A stretch of 64,000 nucleotides of DNA from Bdellovibrionales bacterium (GTDB lineage Bacteria > Bdellovibrionota > Bdellovibrionia > Bdellovibrionales > UBA1609), in NCBI GenBank assembly GCA_027317865.1, contig DAHVQG010000006.1, forward strand, positions 64,001 through 128,000, in the 5' to 3' direction. This document shows, piece after piece, positions 39,010-48,085 of this stretch. Made by a program: the position numbers and the translations under genes. Within the stretch, counting starts at the first letter, position 1, and each line of letters opens with the position of its first letter. The notes beneath the pieces are model-generated. The model searched no databases. It was not told the origin of the DNA and saw only the letters and a program-made list of their open reading frames with translations.

Positions 39010-40215
39010 TTATTTTAAATACATTTTGTTAATGTGAATCGTGGAGTTTTTTGCCATTTGATAAACCCAAAGGTTTAAAATGTCGTCCACGGCCAAATTC
39101 GGCGGAAGCGCCGTCGCGTTCTCGGCAGCCAGTGTTTTTGGCTTGGTTATAATTTTAATAGGTTCAACTATATACGAGTACCCGCCTGAAGGCAGAAGAT
39201 TGCCATAAACGTGGCCAGGAGGCGTCGTTAAAACAGCGGTTATAGCCTCATCGCCTAACCCGAGTTTTGCAATATATGAATCCGCCGCCGAAACGGATCC
39301 GCCGTTCTGCCACTTTAAATGGTATTTTAGCAAAATGGATTTAAGCTGAGTCGCCGATTTGAGAGCATCCGCAAATTCAGTATTGATCTGATCCTTTTTT
39401 GTGTCGGCAATCAGTTGTCGCGCAATTTTATCTTCGACTTCTTTAAATGCCTTTTGGCGAATCGTCTTATGTCCCTTTGTTTTCGCCGCCGATAGATATT
39501 TGCTGATGTTTATTTGATACTCGGATCGTACTTGAGCTACGTTTTGAGGGTTCGATAAATATTTAGAAACCTCTGACTTTGTCACTAAATTTCTAGCAAT
39601 TTTGTCGGTATCGATTTTCACATAATTAAAATCGACCTTTGTATCCTGAACTTCATTCTGGAGGCGACCCACAAGCCCTGGCGACGACCATGACTTCATT
39701 AGCAAATTATTGAGCTGATCAACGGCAACGTCTTGACCGATTTGGCCCTCGAACTCACCAGCTGTCATCTGTTGGTTGTTGAGAAATTCCTGGTAATATT
39801 CACGATCAAACCTGCCGCCGCTCTGAAACGCCGGGATGCTAACGACGATGTCGCGAATGGCATCCACAGTCGGGAAGACTTCTGCTCGCTTGGCAGCTTG
39901 GTACAACAACTGAAAGTGAACAAGATTTCTAAGGACGTGAATCCGAAGCCGTTTATCAAGTTTTTGTTGCTCGGCATCAGACAATCCGTGCATGGGACCT
40001 TCTTCGTTTTCAAATTGTCTGAGACGGTTTTGAAATTCTCGCGCCGAAATTATTGCCCCGTTTACGGTTGCTGCTGTACCTGAACCGGAAATACCTGGAC
40101 TGTTCGTCCAAACACCGATGAATACAAATATCAGACAGATAAAACCAAAAATTATGGTATAGACAATTTTTTTAATGTCATGGCCGCGAATGGGCTTGCG
40201 CATTTTATCTAACAT
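39010..40215 (-). CDS. PpiD-like periplasmic chaperone (SurA N-terminal domain)
   Basis: MLDKMRK, TM anchor, ATVNGAIIS, IPAFQSGGRFDREYY; divergent from mreC. No clear parvulin motif. Confidence 0.8.
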   Translation of the reverse strand: MLDKMRKPIRGHDIKKIVYTIIFGFICLIFVFIGVWTNSPGISGSGTAATVNGAIISAREFQNRLRQFENEEGPMHGLSDAEQQKLDKRLRIHVLRNLVHFQLLYQAAKRAEVFPTVDAIRDIVVSIPAFQSGGRFDREYYQEFLNNQQMTAGEFEGQIGQDVAVDQLNNLLMKSWSSPGLVGRLQNEVQDTKVDFNYVKIDTDKIARNLVTKSEVSKYLSNPQNVAQVRSEYQINISKYLSAAKTKGHKTIRQKAFKEVEDKIARQLIADTKKDQINTEFADALKSATQLKSILLKYHLKWQNGGSVSAADSYIAKLGLGDEAITAVLTTPPGHVYGNLLPSGGYSYIVEPIKIITKPKTLAAENATALPPNLAVDDILNLWVYQMAKNSTIHINKMYLK

Positions 40216-40296
40216 GTCAGAATCCTCGCTTCTTTTCTAAAGTGTTGCAAGTGAAAATCTTGCTGATTGGCGCGAGAGCGAATAACCTAGGACATA

Positions 40297-41139
40297 GTGA
40301 ACTTTTTAAGTCGAAAAACCCTTATTGTAGCGGCGCTCATCGCAATCCCCCTATTTTCTGTGAACATGCAATTGCGCTCTAAAAGTACGCCATGGGTGTT
40401 GATGCCGTTTTACTTTGCCAGTTCGGCAATTCAAAATGGTTATGCAAAGTTCAGTTTTGGGGTGCGCAGTACAACAGATCTATACTTGAATTTGATTAAC
40501 GTAAAAAAAGAGAACCGTATTTTACGTCAAAAGCTTGCCGAGTATGAAGCCCAACAAGGTGCAAATACGGAGTTAAAGCTTGAAAACGAGCGGCTCAATA
40601 AGCTCCTCGATTTTCGCCGAAAAACGAATATGCACCTGTTGGCGGCGCACATTATCGGACGCGATATTTTCACCGATTACCACACGATTACTATTGATCG
40701 CGGCAGCTATGATGGAGTGAAGCGAGGCATGGGCGTCATCGCGATAAACGGCGTTGTCGGTTATGCCATCGAGATTGAACCGCATACCTCCAAAATTTTG
40801 TTAATAACGGACCGCAATGCCGTCGTCGACGCAATAGTTCAACGGTCGCGGGCTCACGGAATTCTGCAAGGGCTTAATAGAGATACCTGCGAGATCACAT
40901 TCATTAAACGATCTGATGACGTCAAAGTAGGCGATACTATTATTACCAGCGGGCTCGACAATTATTTCCCGAAAGGTTTTCCGATCGGTACGGTGACAAG
41001 CGTCAGCCGCGATCAATATGGTCTTGGGCAAAACGTATTGGTGCGTCCAGTCGTCGACGCCGCCGATCTTGAAGAGGTCTTCGTGATTCTCAATGCGAAC
41101 TACCAAAATTTAGAAAATCTGACTGCTGAAGGTAACTGA
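40297..41139 (+). CDS. mreC: Rod shape-determining protein MreC
   Basis: ENERLNKLL, TIDRGSYDGV, GVVG, TSGLD..FPKGFPIG. Confidence 0.95.
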   Translation: MNFLSRKTLIVAALIAIPLFSVNMQLRSKSTPWVLMPFYFASSAIQNGYAKFSFGVRSTTDLYLNLINVKKENRILRQKLAEYEAQQGANTELKLENERLNKLLDFRRKTNMHLLAAHIIGRDIFTDYHTITIDRGSYDGVKRGMGVIAINGVVGYAIEIEPHTSKILLITDRNAVVDAIVQRSRAHGILQGLNRDTCEITFIKRSDDVKVGDTIITSGLDNYFPKGFPIGTVTSVSRDQYGLGQNVLVRPVVDAADLEEVFVILNANYQNLENLTAEGN

Positions 41140-41678
41140 TGCGCGAGGTTAGCTACCGAGTTTTAAATTACTTATTCTTTGTGCTACTTGCCGAGCTACT
41201 GGCGGGTTTTCAAGCGTCGCTTTGGTTGCACGTTTTCGGCTATTTCCCGAGCCCTTATGCGTGGGTAGCGGTGCTCATTTATTGGGCGCTTTATCGGTCG
41301 ATCTATGAAGCCATAATCATGAGTTATTTGGTCTCATTTACAGTAGCGACAATGACCGGGGCTCCACTAATATCTGTCGTCGGTGTCAATCTAACTGTAT
41401 TGGGAATAATTTTATTGTTGCGAAATCGCATTCTCTGGTCTGGGCCAAACTCTTTTATGCTGGCTGCCGGGATATCGGCCCTCGTCATACCAATTGTTAG
41501 CTTTGCCCTATCGTATTTTGTCGACCGTCGACCGGCCGATGAGTTTTATTATTACGATTGGATTTTGCGCGGCCTTTTGACTTCCGCGTTTTCGTTACCG
41601 TTGTATTATCTATTCGGATTTGTAGATCGCATGACTCAGCGAGAACCCCCGAAAGACACCGAATCGGAGGTCGTGTGA
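41139..41678 (+). CDS. mreD: Rod shape-determining protein MreD (divergent)
   Basis: Polytopic 179-aa membrane protein between mreC and mrdA. Confidence 0.7.
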   Translation: MREVSYRVLNYLFFVLLAELLAGFQASLWLHVFGYFPSPYAWVAVLIYWALYRSIYEAIIMSYLVSFTVATMTGAPLISVVGVNLTVLGIILLLRNRILWSGPNSFMLAAGISALVIPIVSFALSYFVDRRPADEFYYYDWILRGLLTSAFSLPLYYLFGFVDRMTQREPPKDTESEVV

Positions 41679-43651
41679 GCGAATTTGGAACCGAAGAAGA
41701 AGATGTTCGCGATCTTGTCCCACGCTTTCGCTATGTTTACATCCTTCTTGGCTTCGTGTTCGTCGTGATATTTTGCCGCCTTTGGTACTTGCAAATTATT
41801 GAAGGTCACGAGTTTCAAGAATATTCAGAAAAAAATCTTCTCAAAGAACGTCGAATTTTAGCGCCGCGCGGGCTTATACTCGACACGCAGGGGCGCATAC
41901 TTGTCGATAATATTATCGGATTTAAGGCGACCATCACCCCCCAATACGCATCGCATTTAACAGAAACAGCACAAGTTGTTGGGAATATTCTTCATATCCC
42001 GCCCGAAAAAATCATTGCGGAGGTTCATTCGAGTCGCTGGAAGAACGGACCCTCTACGCCGGTTTTGATTAAATCTAATTTGACTCATAACGAAGTTTTT
42101 CGACTGAAGCGAATACGTATTTTTCAGCCCGGACTTAACGTTAATGAAACCATCATGCGGTATTACCCCCTTGGCCCCGATGGCGCGCAATTGTTTGGCT
42201 ATGTCGGTTTAGCTTCGCAGCGAGAAATGGCCGATTATGATCGTAAATACAAAACGAACATCGCCATTCAGCAAGGCGATTGGGTCGGCCAAAGCGGGCT
42301 TGAAGAATCGTGGGATCCAATATTACGCGGGCGCGATGGCATGAAATATATCGAGGTCGACGCTCACGGACGCGAGTCGCCCATAAACAAATCGTTGTTA
42401 GATTTGAAACCTCGCCCGCCAGTTCCTGGTCACAATCTTGTACTGACTATAGACCGCGATCTGCAAAAGGACGCCATGTATGAGATGTTACACCAACATG
42501 ACCGAATCGGTCCACGTATTGGCGCGCTCGTGGCGATTAATACAAAAGGCGAAGTTTTAGCTTGGGTAAGTTTACCTTCGTATGACCCCAATGAATTCGC
42601 CCAGGGCACAATTTCGGACGATACGTGGGAGGCGCTCGAAAAAGATCCCTATAAACCTTTTATGGATAAAGTTATTCAAGCGCAATTTGCGCCGGGTTCG
42701 ACAATTAAACCTGTCGACTCAATGGCCGCGCTACAAGAAGGTGTCGTAACCCCCACCACTCTCATCAGTGCGCCTGGCAAAATGTGGTTCGGTGGTCGCT
42801 GGTACCACGATGCAGACCCCGCCGGCCATGGCAATGTTAATATTGAGCAAGCCATTGAAGTTTCGAGCAACGTATTTTTTTATAAAATGGGTATTGCGCT
42901 CGGCATAGACAATATTGCGAAGTACGCAAGAGCAGTCGGTCTCGGCCAACTGACGGGAATCAAATTGCCCGGCGAGGTGCCAGGTTTGTATCCGACAAAA
43001 GCTTGGAAGATGAAAACCTTCGACGAGCCTTGGCTGCCTGGAGAAAACTTATCCAACGCTATCGGTCAGGGATACGTCCTCACCACTCTTCTACAAATGG
43101 CCCTCGTTTACAATGTCGTGGCGACAGGCGGAAAGCTTTATAAACCTTTATTGGTTAAGGCCATCGAAGGCGACCACGGCAATATAATCAAAACATTTAA
43201 ACCTCAGATCGTACGCAACATCACCAAACCCAACGACTCAAATGTCATAGTCAGCAAAGCTAATCTCGACGTCATAAAACAAGGCATGAGTCTCGTGTGT
43301 AACGGGAACCGGGGCACCGCCCATTGGTGGAAAATCCCCGGTATTTTAATGGCGGGCAAGACCGGCACAAGCCAATTCGTTTCGTTTTCCGCGTCACAAA
43401 TCCACAAGAACTGTTTTGATCGCCCCTTTTGGCTTCGCGACGACGGCATCTATCTCGCGTTTGCGCCAGTTAAGCACCCGCAAATCGTAGTTGGCGTGTT
43501 GGCCCAACATTCGTGTTGGGGCAATTTGGGTGGAACGCCGATCGTTCGCGACGTGATCCGCGATTATTTCGAAAAATATCATCCCAACTGGCTTAAAAAA
43601 GGCACTGCCATCCCGATTGCTTCATTGAAAAAGATTGAGAATAACGAATGA
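41675..43651 (+). CDS. mrdA: Penicillin-binding protein 2
   Basis: RLWYLQI, APRGLI.D, PGSTIK (SxxK), SSN (SxN), GKTGT; likely GTG start at 41675. Confidence 0.96.
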   Translation: MSEFGTEEEDVRDLVPRFRYVYILLGFVFVVIFCRLWYLQIIEGHEFQEYSEKNLLKERRILAPRGLILDTQGRILVDNIIGFKATITPQYASHLTETAQVVGNILHIPPEKIIAEVHSSRWKNGPSTPVLIKSNLTHNEVFRLKRIRIFQPGLNVNETIMRYYPLGPDGAQLFGYVGLASQREMADYDRKYKTNIAIQQGDWVGQSGLEESWDPILRGRDGMKYIEVDAHGRESPINKSLLDLKPRPPVPGHNLVLTIDRDLQKDAMYEMLHQHDRIGPRIGALVAINTKGEVLAWVSLPSYDPNEFAQGTISDDTWEALEKDPYKPFMDKVIQAQFAPGSTIKPVDSMAALQEGVVTPTTLISAPGKMWFGGRWYHDADPAGHGNVNIEQAIEVSSNVFFYKMGIALGIDNIAKYARAVGLGQLTGIKLPGEVPGLYPTKAWKMKTFDEPWLPGENLSNAIGQGYVLTTLLQMALVYNVVATGGKLYKPLLVKAIEGDHGNIIKTFKPQIVRNITKPNDSNVIVSKANLDVIKQGMSLVCNGNRGTAHWWKIPGILMAGKTGTSQFVSFSASQIHKNCFDRPFWLRDDGIYLAFAPVKHPQIVVGVLAQHSCWGNLGGTPIVRDVIRDYFEKYHPNWLKKGTAIPIASLKKIENNE

Positions 43652-43699
43652 AATTAAATTATCACGAGGTTGTGGTATACGATCCGTCCGGGGCTGCCA

Positions 43700-44824
43700 A
43701 TGGCAACTGATTTACAAGTTGAAGAGCGTACGTTTTTTCGCAGACTTGACTGGAATTTATTGGCCGTTATTTTTTGTATAAATGTAATCGGTTTAATTAC
43801 CCTTTACAGCGCCACTCACGGAGCATCGGCGGCATTTTCGCAAACGCGCCTTTTTTGGCTTCAAACGGTCTATCTTGTGATGGGTTGGATCGTTTTTTTC
43901 GGCGTCACCTTAGTCGATTATCAATTCTTTAACCGCGCCGCTTACATTCTGTACGCCATTAACTTAATCGCTTTAGCTTTGGTTTTAGTAATCGGACGCA
44001 GCGAGCTCGGCGCGCGCCGCTGGCTGGAGCTTGGGCTATTTCGGTATCAGCCCTCCGAGACTATGAAACTGGTTTTGGTTTTTATTCTCGCTAAAATTTT
44101 GAGCAAACAAAATAAACCCGAGGGAATGGGATTCTTAGACCTGATCATACCAACACTGATCACCATTGTGCCTACCGCTCTAACCGTTAAACAACCCGAT
44201 CTCGGCACCGGTCTGATGCTGTTTGCGGTATTTGTATCTATGGTCCTTTTTGTCCGGGTAAGGACTTCGGTTTTAATTTCTGTTCTTATAGTCGGGATGG
44301 TCGCAGTTCCGCTCGTTTGGACATTTGGCCTTAAACCCTATCAAAAGGCCCGCATCGCAACGTTTATATCGCCGGACAAGCACCCGCATGGTGCAGGGTA
44401 CAACAGTCTGCAATCGCTCATCGCCGTTGGCAGTGGCGAAATTATTGGCAAAGGGTTTCGTAAGGGTACGCAATCCCAACTTGATTTTTTACCTGAGCGC
44501 CACACGGATTTTATATTTTCAGTATTGAGCGAAGAACACGGATTTATCGGCGGCATGACGACGGTTGGACTGTTCATCTTTCTTTTATTCATGTGCGCTA
44601 AAATTGCAGCTCAAGCTCATGATCGATTTGGCGTTTTGGTGGGGGTTGGCGCGGTTTCAATTTTATTTTGGCACGTCATCGTTAATATCTGCATGGTAAT
44701 AGGTCTTTTACCGGTGGTCGGAGTGCCTTTGCCGCTTATCTCATATGGCGGGTCTATGATGATCACCGCCATGGCCAGTCTTGGAATTATCTCTTCACTC
44801 GCCTATCGTAAATTTTTGTTTTAG
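43700..44824 (+). CDS. rodA: SEDS glycosyltransferase RodA
   Basis: GARRW, QPSE, QPDLGT, LPERHTDFIF, GVPLPLISYGGS. Confidence 0.96.
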   Translation: MATDLQVEERTFFRRLDWNLLAVIFCINVIGLITLYSATHGASAAFSQTRLFWLQTVYLVMGWIVFFGVTLVDYQFFNRAAYILYAINLIALALVLVIGRSELGARRWLELGLFRYQPSETMKLVLVFILAKILSKQNKPEGMGFLDLIIPTLITIVPTALTVKQPDLGTGLMLFAVFVSMVLFVRVRTSVLISVLIVGMVAVPLVWTFGLKPYQKARIATFISPDKHPHGAGYNSLQSLIAVGSGEIIGKGFRKGTQSQLDFLPERHTDFIFSVLSEEHGFIGGMTTVGLFIFLLFMCAKIAAQAHDRFGVLVGVGAVSILFWHVIVNICMVIGLLPVVGVPLPLISYGGSMMITAMASLGIISSLAYRKFLF

Positions 44825-44832
44825 CCCGACGG

Positions 44833-45150
44833 CTAAATGTGCCGCCGGATCATTTCAACAATATGCTCCTTCGGCATATTGCCCATGAGTTGATCAACGG
44901 GTTTGCCGCCTTTGAACAAAATCATAGTCGGAATACTGCGTATCCCAAACTTAGTCGGCGTAGTGGGGTTTTCATCGATATTGAGTTTTAAGATTCGCAG
45001 TTTCTCGCCTAATTCTTGCCCGATTTCTTCAAGTTTTGGACCTAGTGCGCGGCACGGACCGCACCACTCTGCCCAAAAGTCCAGCAAAACAGGCGTGGAT
45101 GATTTCAAGACGTCGGTTTCAAAACTTTGATCGGTAACAGCTTGAGACAT
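44833..45150 (-). CDS. trxA: Thioredoxin
   Basis: FWAEWCGPC, IRSIPT; ATG 45150 with AGGAG SD. Confidence 0.97.
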   Translation of the reverse strand: MSQAVTDQSFETDVLKSSTPVLLDFWAEWCGPCRALGPKLEEIGQELGEKLRILKLNIDENPTTPTKFGIRSIPTMILFKGGKPVDQLMGNMPKEHIVEMIRRHI

Positions 45151-45211
45151 TTTAGCTCCTTTCAATTACAGTAGCGTTTGAATTTTAGCATAAAAAACCG
45201 ATAAGTCAGGA

Positions 45212-47143
45212 GTGAAAAAGTCTGATATTCGGATCTTGATTGTAGAGGATGATGAGTCACTGGGACGAGCGCTTGAACAGGGCCTGCGTCGATCCGGATA
45301 TAATCCAAAGCTCGTGGCCTCTCCAGCCGCCGCGCAGCGTGCACTTGCAATTGAGGAGATCCACGGAATGCTCGTCGATTGCATGCTTCCGCGCCAAAGC
45401 GGTGTCGAATTTGCAGGTGAAATTCGCAAAACAAATGAAAAAATGGAAATTATTTTAACTAGCGGCATTTACCGAGATAAGGCGTTCTCCCATGACGCCA
45501 TGATAAAAACCAAGGCTCGCGCTTTTTTCAATAAACCCTTTAATCTCGAAGAAGTTGTTCAAACCTTTGATGACGCCTTTCGTTCGCTCATCGAAGTCGA
45601 ACAACAGCCGCTTTTTGAACTATTGTCTCTCGACCAATATTCGCTGAGCGATAAGCTTCAGGCATTAGCAAAAACCCCGTCTGTACACGGTTTCGATTTG
45701 CCGTGGATCTACTGTTTACTTATGGATAAAAACATATCGGGAGGTCTTCAAATCACCTATTCGGATGGAAGAACAGCTACAGTCCAGTTCAACAAGGGCC
45801 GAATTGTGGACGTTCTCTACGCCGATTCTGAATCTTATTTTGGTACTTTGCTTGTAGAAAAAGGATTTGCGACGTCCGAGCAAGTGCAGAGAATGCTCGA
45901 CGAGCAAAAAACTAAAAAAATCGGCGAACGGCTTGTGGATGAATCCCTCGTATCGCCACACGCGATTGATGTTGTCCGTTATGAGCAAATGGTCATCCGG
46001 ATTTCAAAAACAATCCAAGATTTAGACGTTGAGATTAGATTTGAATCAAGCCCCGTGAACGAACCGATTGTTTACATAGACGGCTTTAAATTTACTCAAC
46101 TGTTGAGCGATTGGATTTGTTCAAAAATGAACGCGCCATGGTTTAAAATATTCTATCTCCCTTGGCTCAATCATCCGCTCGTCTTGAGCGCGAATCAGAA
46201 TCAAATAAATATAGTTCAACATTTGCCGGCCGGCCGCGTAATTTCAGATCTCGGGCTGACCTTCGACTGGCCGCGAACGATTGACGAAATCACAATCGAG
46301 CACCCCCAACGTTCCAGTGACATTTATCGCGCCATTCATTTTTTATTGGTGCAACGAATTCTTCGGTTTGGTTCAAAAACGGTTGATGCCGAAACAACCG
46401 AGAACAAAAGAATTCGCCTCAACCGGATCTGGCACGACATGCAAAAACAAAATCTATTTGAAATACTCGGGGTCACACGGTTGGCTAAATATTCAGATAT
46501 AAACCGCAACTACCGGGAACTCGCAAAGGTTCTTCACCCCGATCGCATCCCAGAGAGCGCGCCTGACGATTTAAGAGAACTCAATAAAAAGGTTTTTGAA
46601 AAAATCACGGCAGCCCATGAAACACTCAGCGATGAGACTCGCCGACAAATTTATTTGAAAACTCTCGAACATGGTCTGGCCGATGAAATTTTGCAGGCTG
46701 AAAGCATGTTTGAACAGGCAACTCACCTTTTAAAAGCACAACACTTTCGCGAAGCGCGAAAGATTTTCGAAAAAGTTCTAAAAATGACCGGTAAGCGATC
46801 AGACACAGTCGTGTATTATTTGTGGGCTCTAATAAAAGAAAAGCGTCATCGCTCGAACCGTGAAGATTTGATTTCGCGCGTGCAAGATCTTTTGCAAACG
46901 ATCGCACACGAAGACCGCCATAGCCCGCAATATTTTTTCGTCAAAGGTATGAGCTACGAGCTTACCGGGCAAATCCAGCATGCATATCAAACGTTTAAGC
47001 GCGTTTTAAGTATGGATCCTGAATTTTTCGACGCGAAAAAAGAACTCAGCTATATCAAACAACAATATGCACAAAAAAAGACATCGTTTACCGACGAGCT
47101 TTCTGTCGTCGTGACAAAAATTCTTGGCCGCAAAACAGGTTAG
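45212..47143 (+). CDS. Receiver domain + DUF4388-like region + DnaJ (J) domain + TPR protein
   Basis: ILIVEDD..LVDCMLP..TSG..KPF receiver; FGTLLVEKG/IGERLV; FEILGV..YRELAKVLHPD J domain; C-terminal TPR-like helices. Confidence 0.82.
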   Translation: MKKSDIRILIVEDDESLGRALEQGLRRSGYNPKLVASPAAAQRALAIEEIHGMLVDCMLPRQSGVEFAGEIRKTNEKMEIILTSGIYRDKAFSHDAMIKTKARAFFNKPFNLEEVVQTFDDAFRSLIEVEQQPLFELLSLDQYSLSDKLQALAKTPSVHGFDLPWIYCLLMDKNISGGLQITYSDGRTATVQFNKGRIVDVLYADSESYFGTLLVEKGFATSEQVQRMLDEQKTKKIGERLVDESLVSPHAIDVVRYEQMVIRISKTIQDLDVEIRFESSPVNEPIVYIDGFKFTQLLSDWICSKMNAPWFKIFYLPWLNHPLVLSANQNQINIVQHLPAGRVISDLGLTFDWPRTIDEITIEHPQRSSDIYRAIHFLLVQRILRFGSKTVDAETTENKRIRLNRIWHDMQKQNLFEILGVTRLAKYSDINRNYRELAKVLHPDRIPESAPDDLRELNKKVFEKITAAHETLSDETRRQIYLKTLEHGLADEILQAESMFEQATHLLKAQHFREARKIFEKVLKMTGKRSDTVVYYLWALIKEKRHRSNREDLISRVQDLLQTIAHEDRHSPQYFFVKGMSYELTGQIQHAYQTFKRVLSMDPEFFDAKKELSYIKQQYAQKKTSFTDELSVVVTKILGRKTG

Positions 47144-47147
47144 AGCC

Positions 47148-48014
47148 TTAGCCTTTCTTCTTCGGTCGAAACAACGCTTTCACGAAAGTTTTGCGTTCGT
47201 CTTCTATTTCTTCAAAATCTTCTACGGGATTATCCGCTCGAATCTTCTTATTGAAATCGAGAACTCGGTCGCGAACAAAGTGCTTTGGCGGCAGTGGCCC
47301 TAATTTTGCCGCCCATTTTTCATACTTTTCTTCACGTTCGGTCTTTTCTGGAGCCGGCTTCGTTTGATTTGGTTCAAGGGTCGTTTCCGAACTTTGCTGT
47401 AACGGAAACTGTGGTTGCATTCCGGCCGCTTCTGCCTGCTCAAAAATTTTCGACGTTTCTCGAAACGGATCATCGTTCTTATCGAGCGAAAAAACCGGGT
47501 CATCTTTCGCCATTGTTTCAATGTTCTGACGAACTTTTTCTAGAGTTTCTACAGGCTGACCATTTTCGTCGTATGAAGCCACGTAGGCCTGGGCCTCGTC
47601 ACTGTTATGAAACTGCCCTTTAATTTTTGCGTATTTTTCTAGGAGTGGAGCCTCGTCAATTCCACCAAGATTGGCAATCGTAAGAATCAGTTTGCGGGGG
47701 TTGACCGGGCTATCTAAAATTTCATCAACGCCTGAATCGCGAAAATCGTCCGTGTTAATCGCATATTCGCTAGACTTAAGAGCGATGACTTTTGGCAATC
47801 CTCGCTTGCGGTAAAGGCTCTGCGTCAACTGTAAACCGTCTACTTTTTTACCACGCGCGGATGTAATAAGAATGTGCGGGTTGAACCCCAAACTCATATC
47901 CGCATATTTTTTTTGATTTTGGACTCCCTCTACGTCGAGCCCCAATTTTTTTAAAAGTGCTTCAAGGTAGATGAGTTCGTTATAATCGTCTATGACTAGA
48001 AATACTCTTAGCAT
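47148..48014 (-). CDS. Degenerate receiver-domain protein with charged C-terminal tail
   Basis: VFLVIDD start and receiver-like spacing, but the canonical Asp and Lys positions appear as ITS and SP. Confidence 0.6.
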   Translation of the reverse strand: MLRVFLVIDDYNELIYLEALLKKLGLDVEGVQNQKKYADMSLGFNPHILITSARGKKVDGLQLTQSLYRKRGLPKVIALKSSEYAINTDDFRDSGVDEILDSPVNPRKLILTIANLGGIDEAPLLEKYAKIKGQFHNSDEAQAYVASYDENGQPVETLEKVRQNIETMAKDDPVFSLDKNDDPFRETSKIFEQAEAAGMQPQFPLQQSSETTLEPNQTKPAPEKTEREEKYEKWAAKLGPLPPKHFVRDRVLDFNKKIRADNPVEDFEEIEDERKTFVKALFRPKKKG

Positions 48015-48085
48015 TCTCTATTTTGTGAATTTATTTTTTAAACCGTCAACCCGGCAAAACGTCGGGGTATAAAAACGGAGTTCAA

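Noticed and set aside
44821-44836. TTAGCC-CGAC-GGCTAA palindrome between convergent rodA and trxA as a terminator
   Set aside because: Only a 6-bp stem built partly from the two stop codons, with no U-tract after it on either strand.
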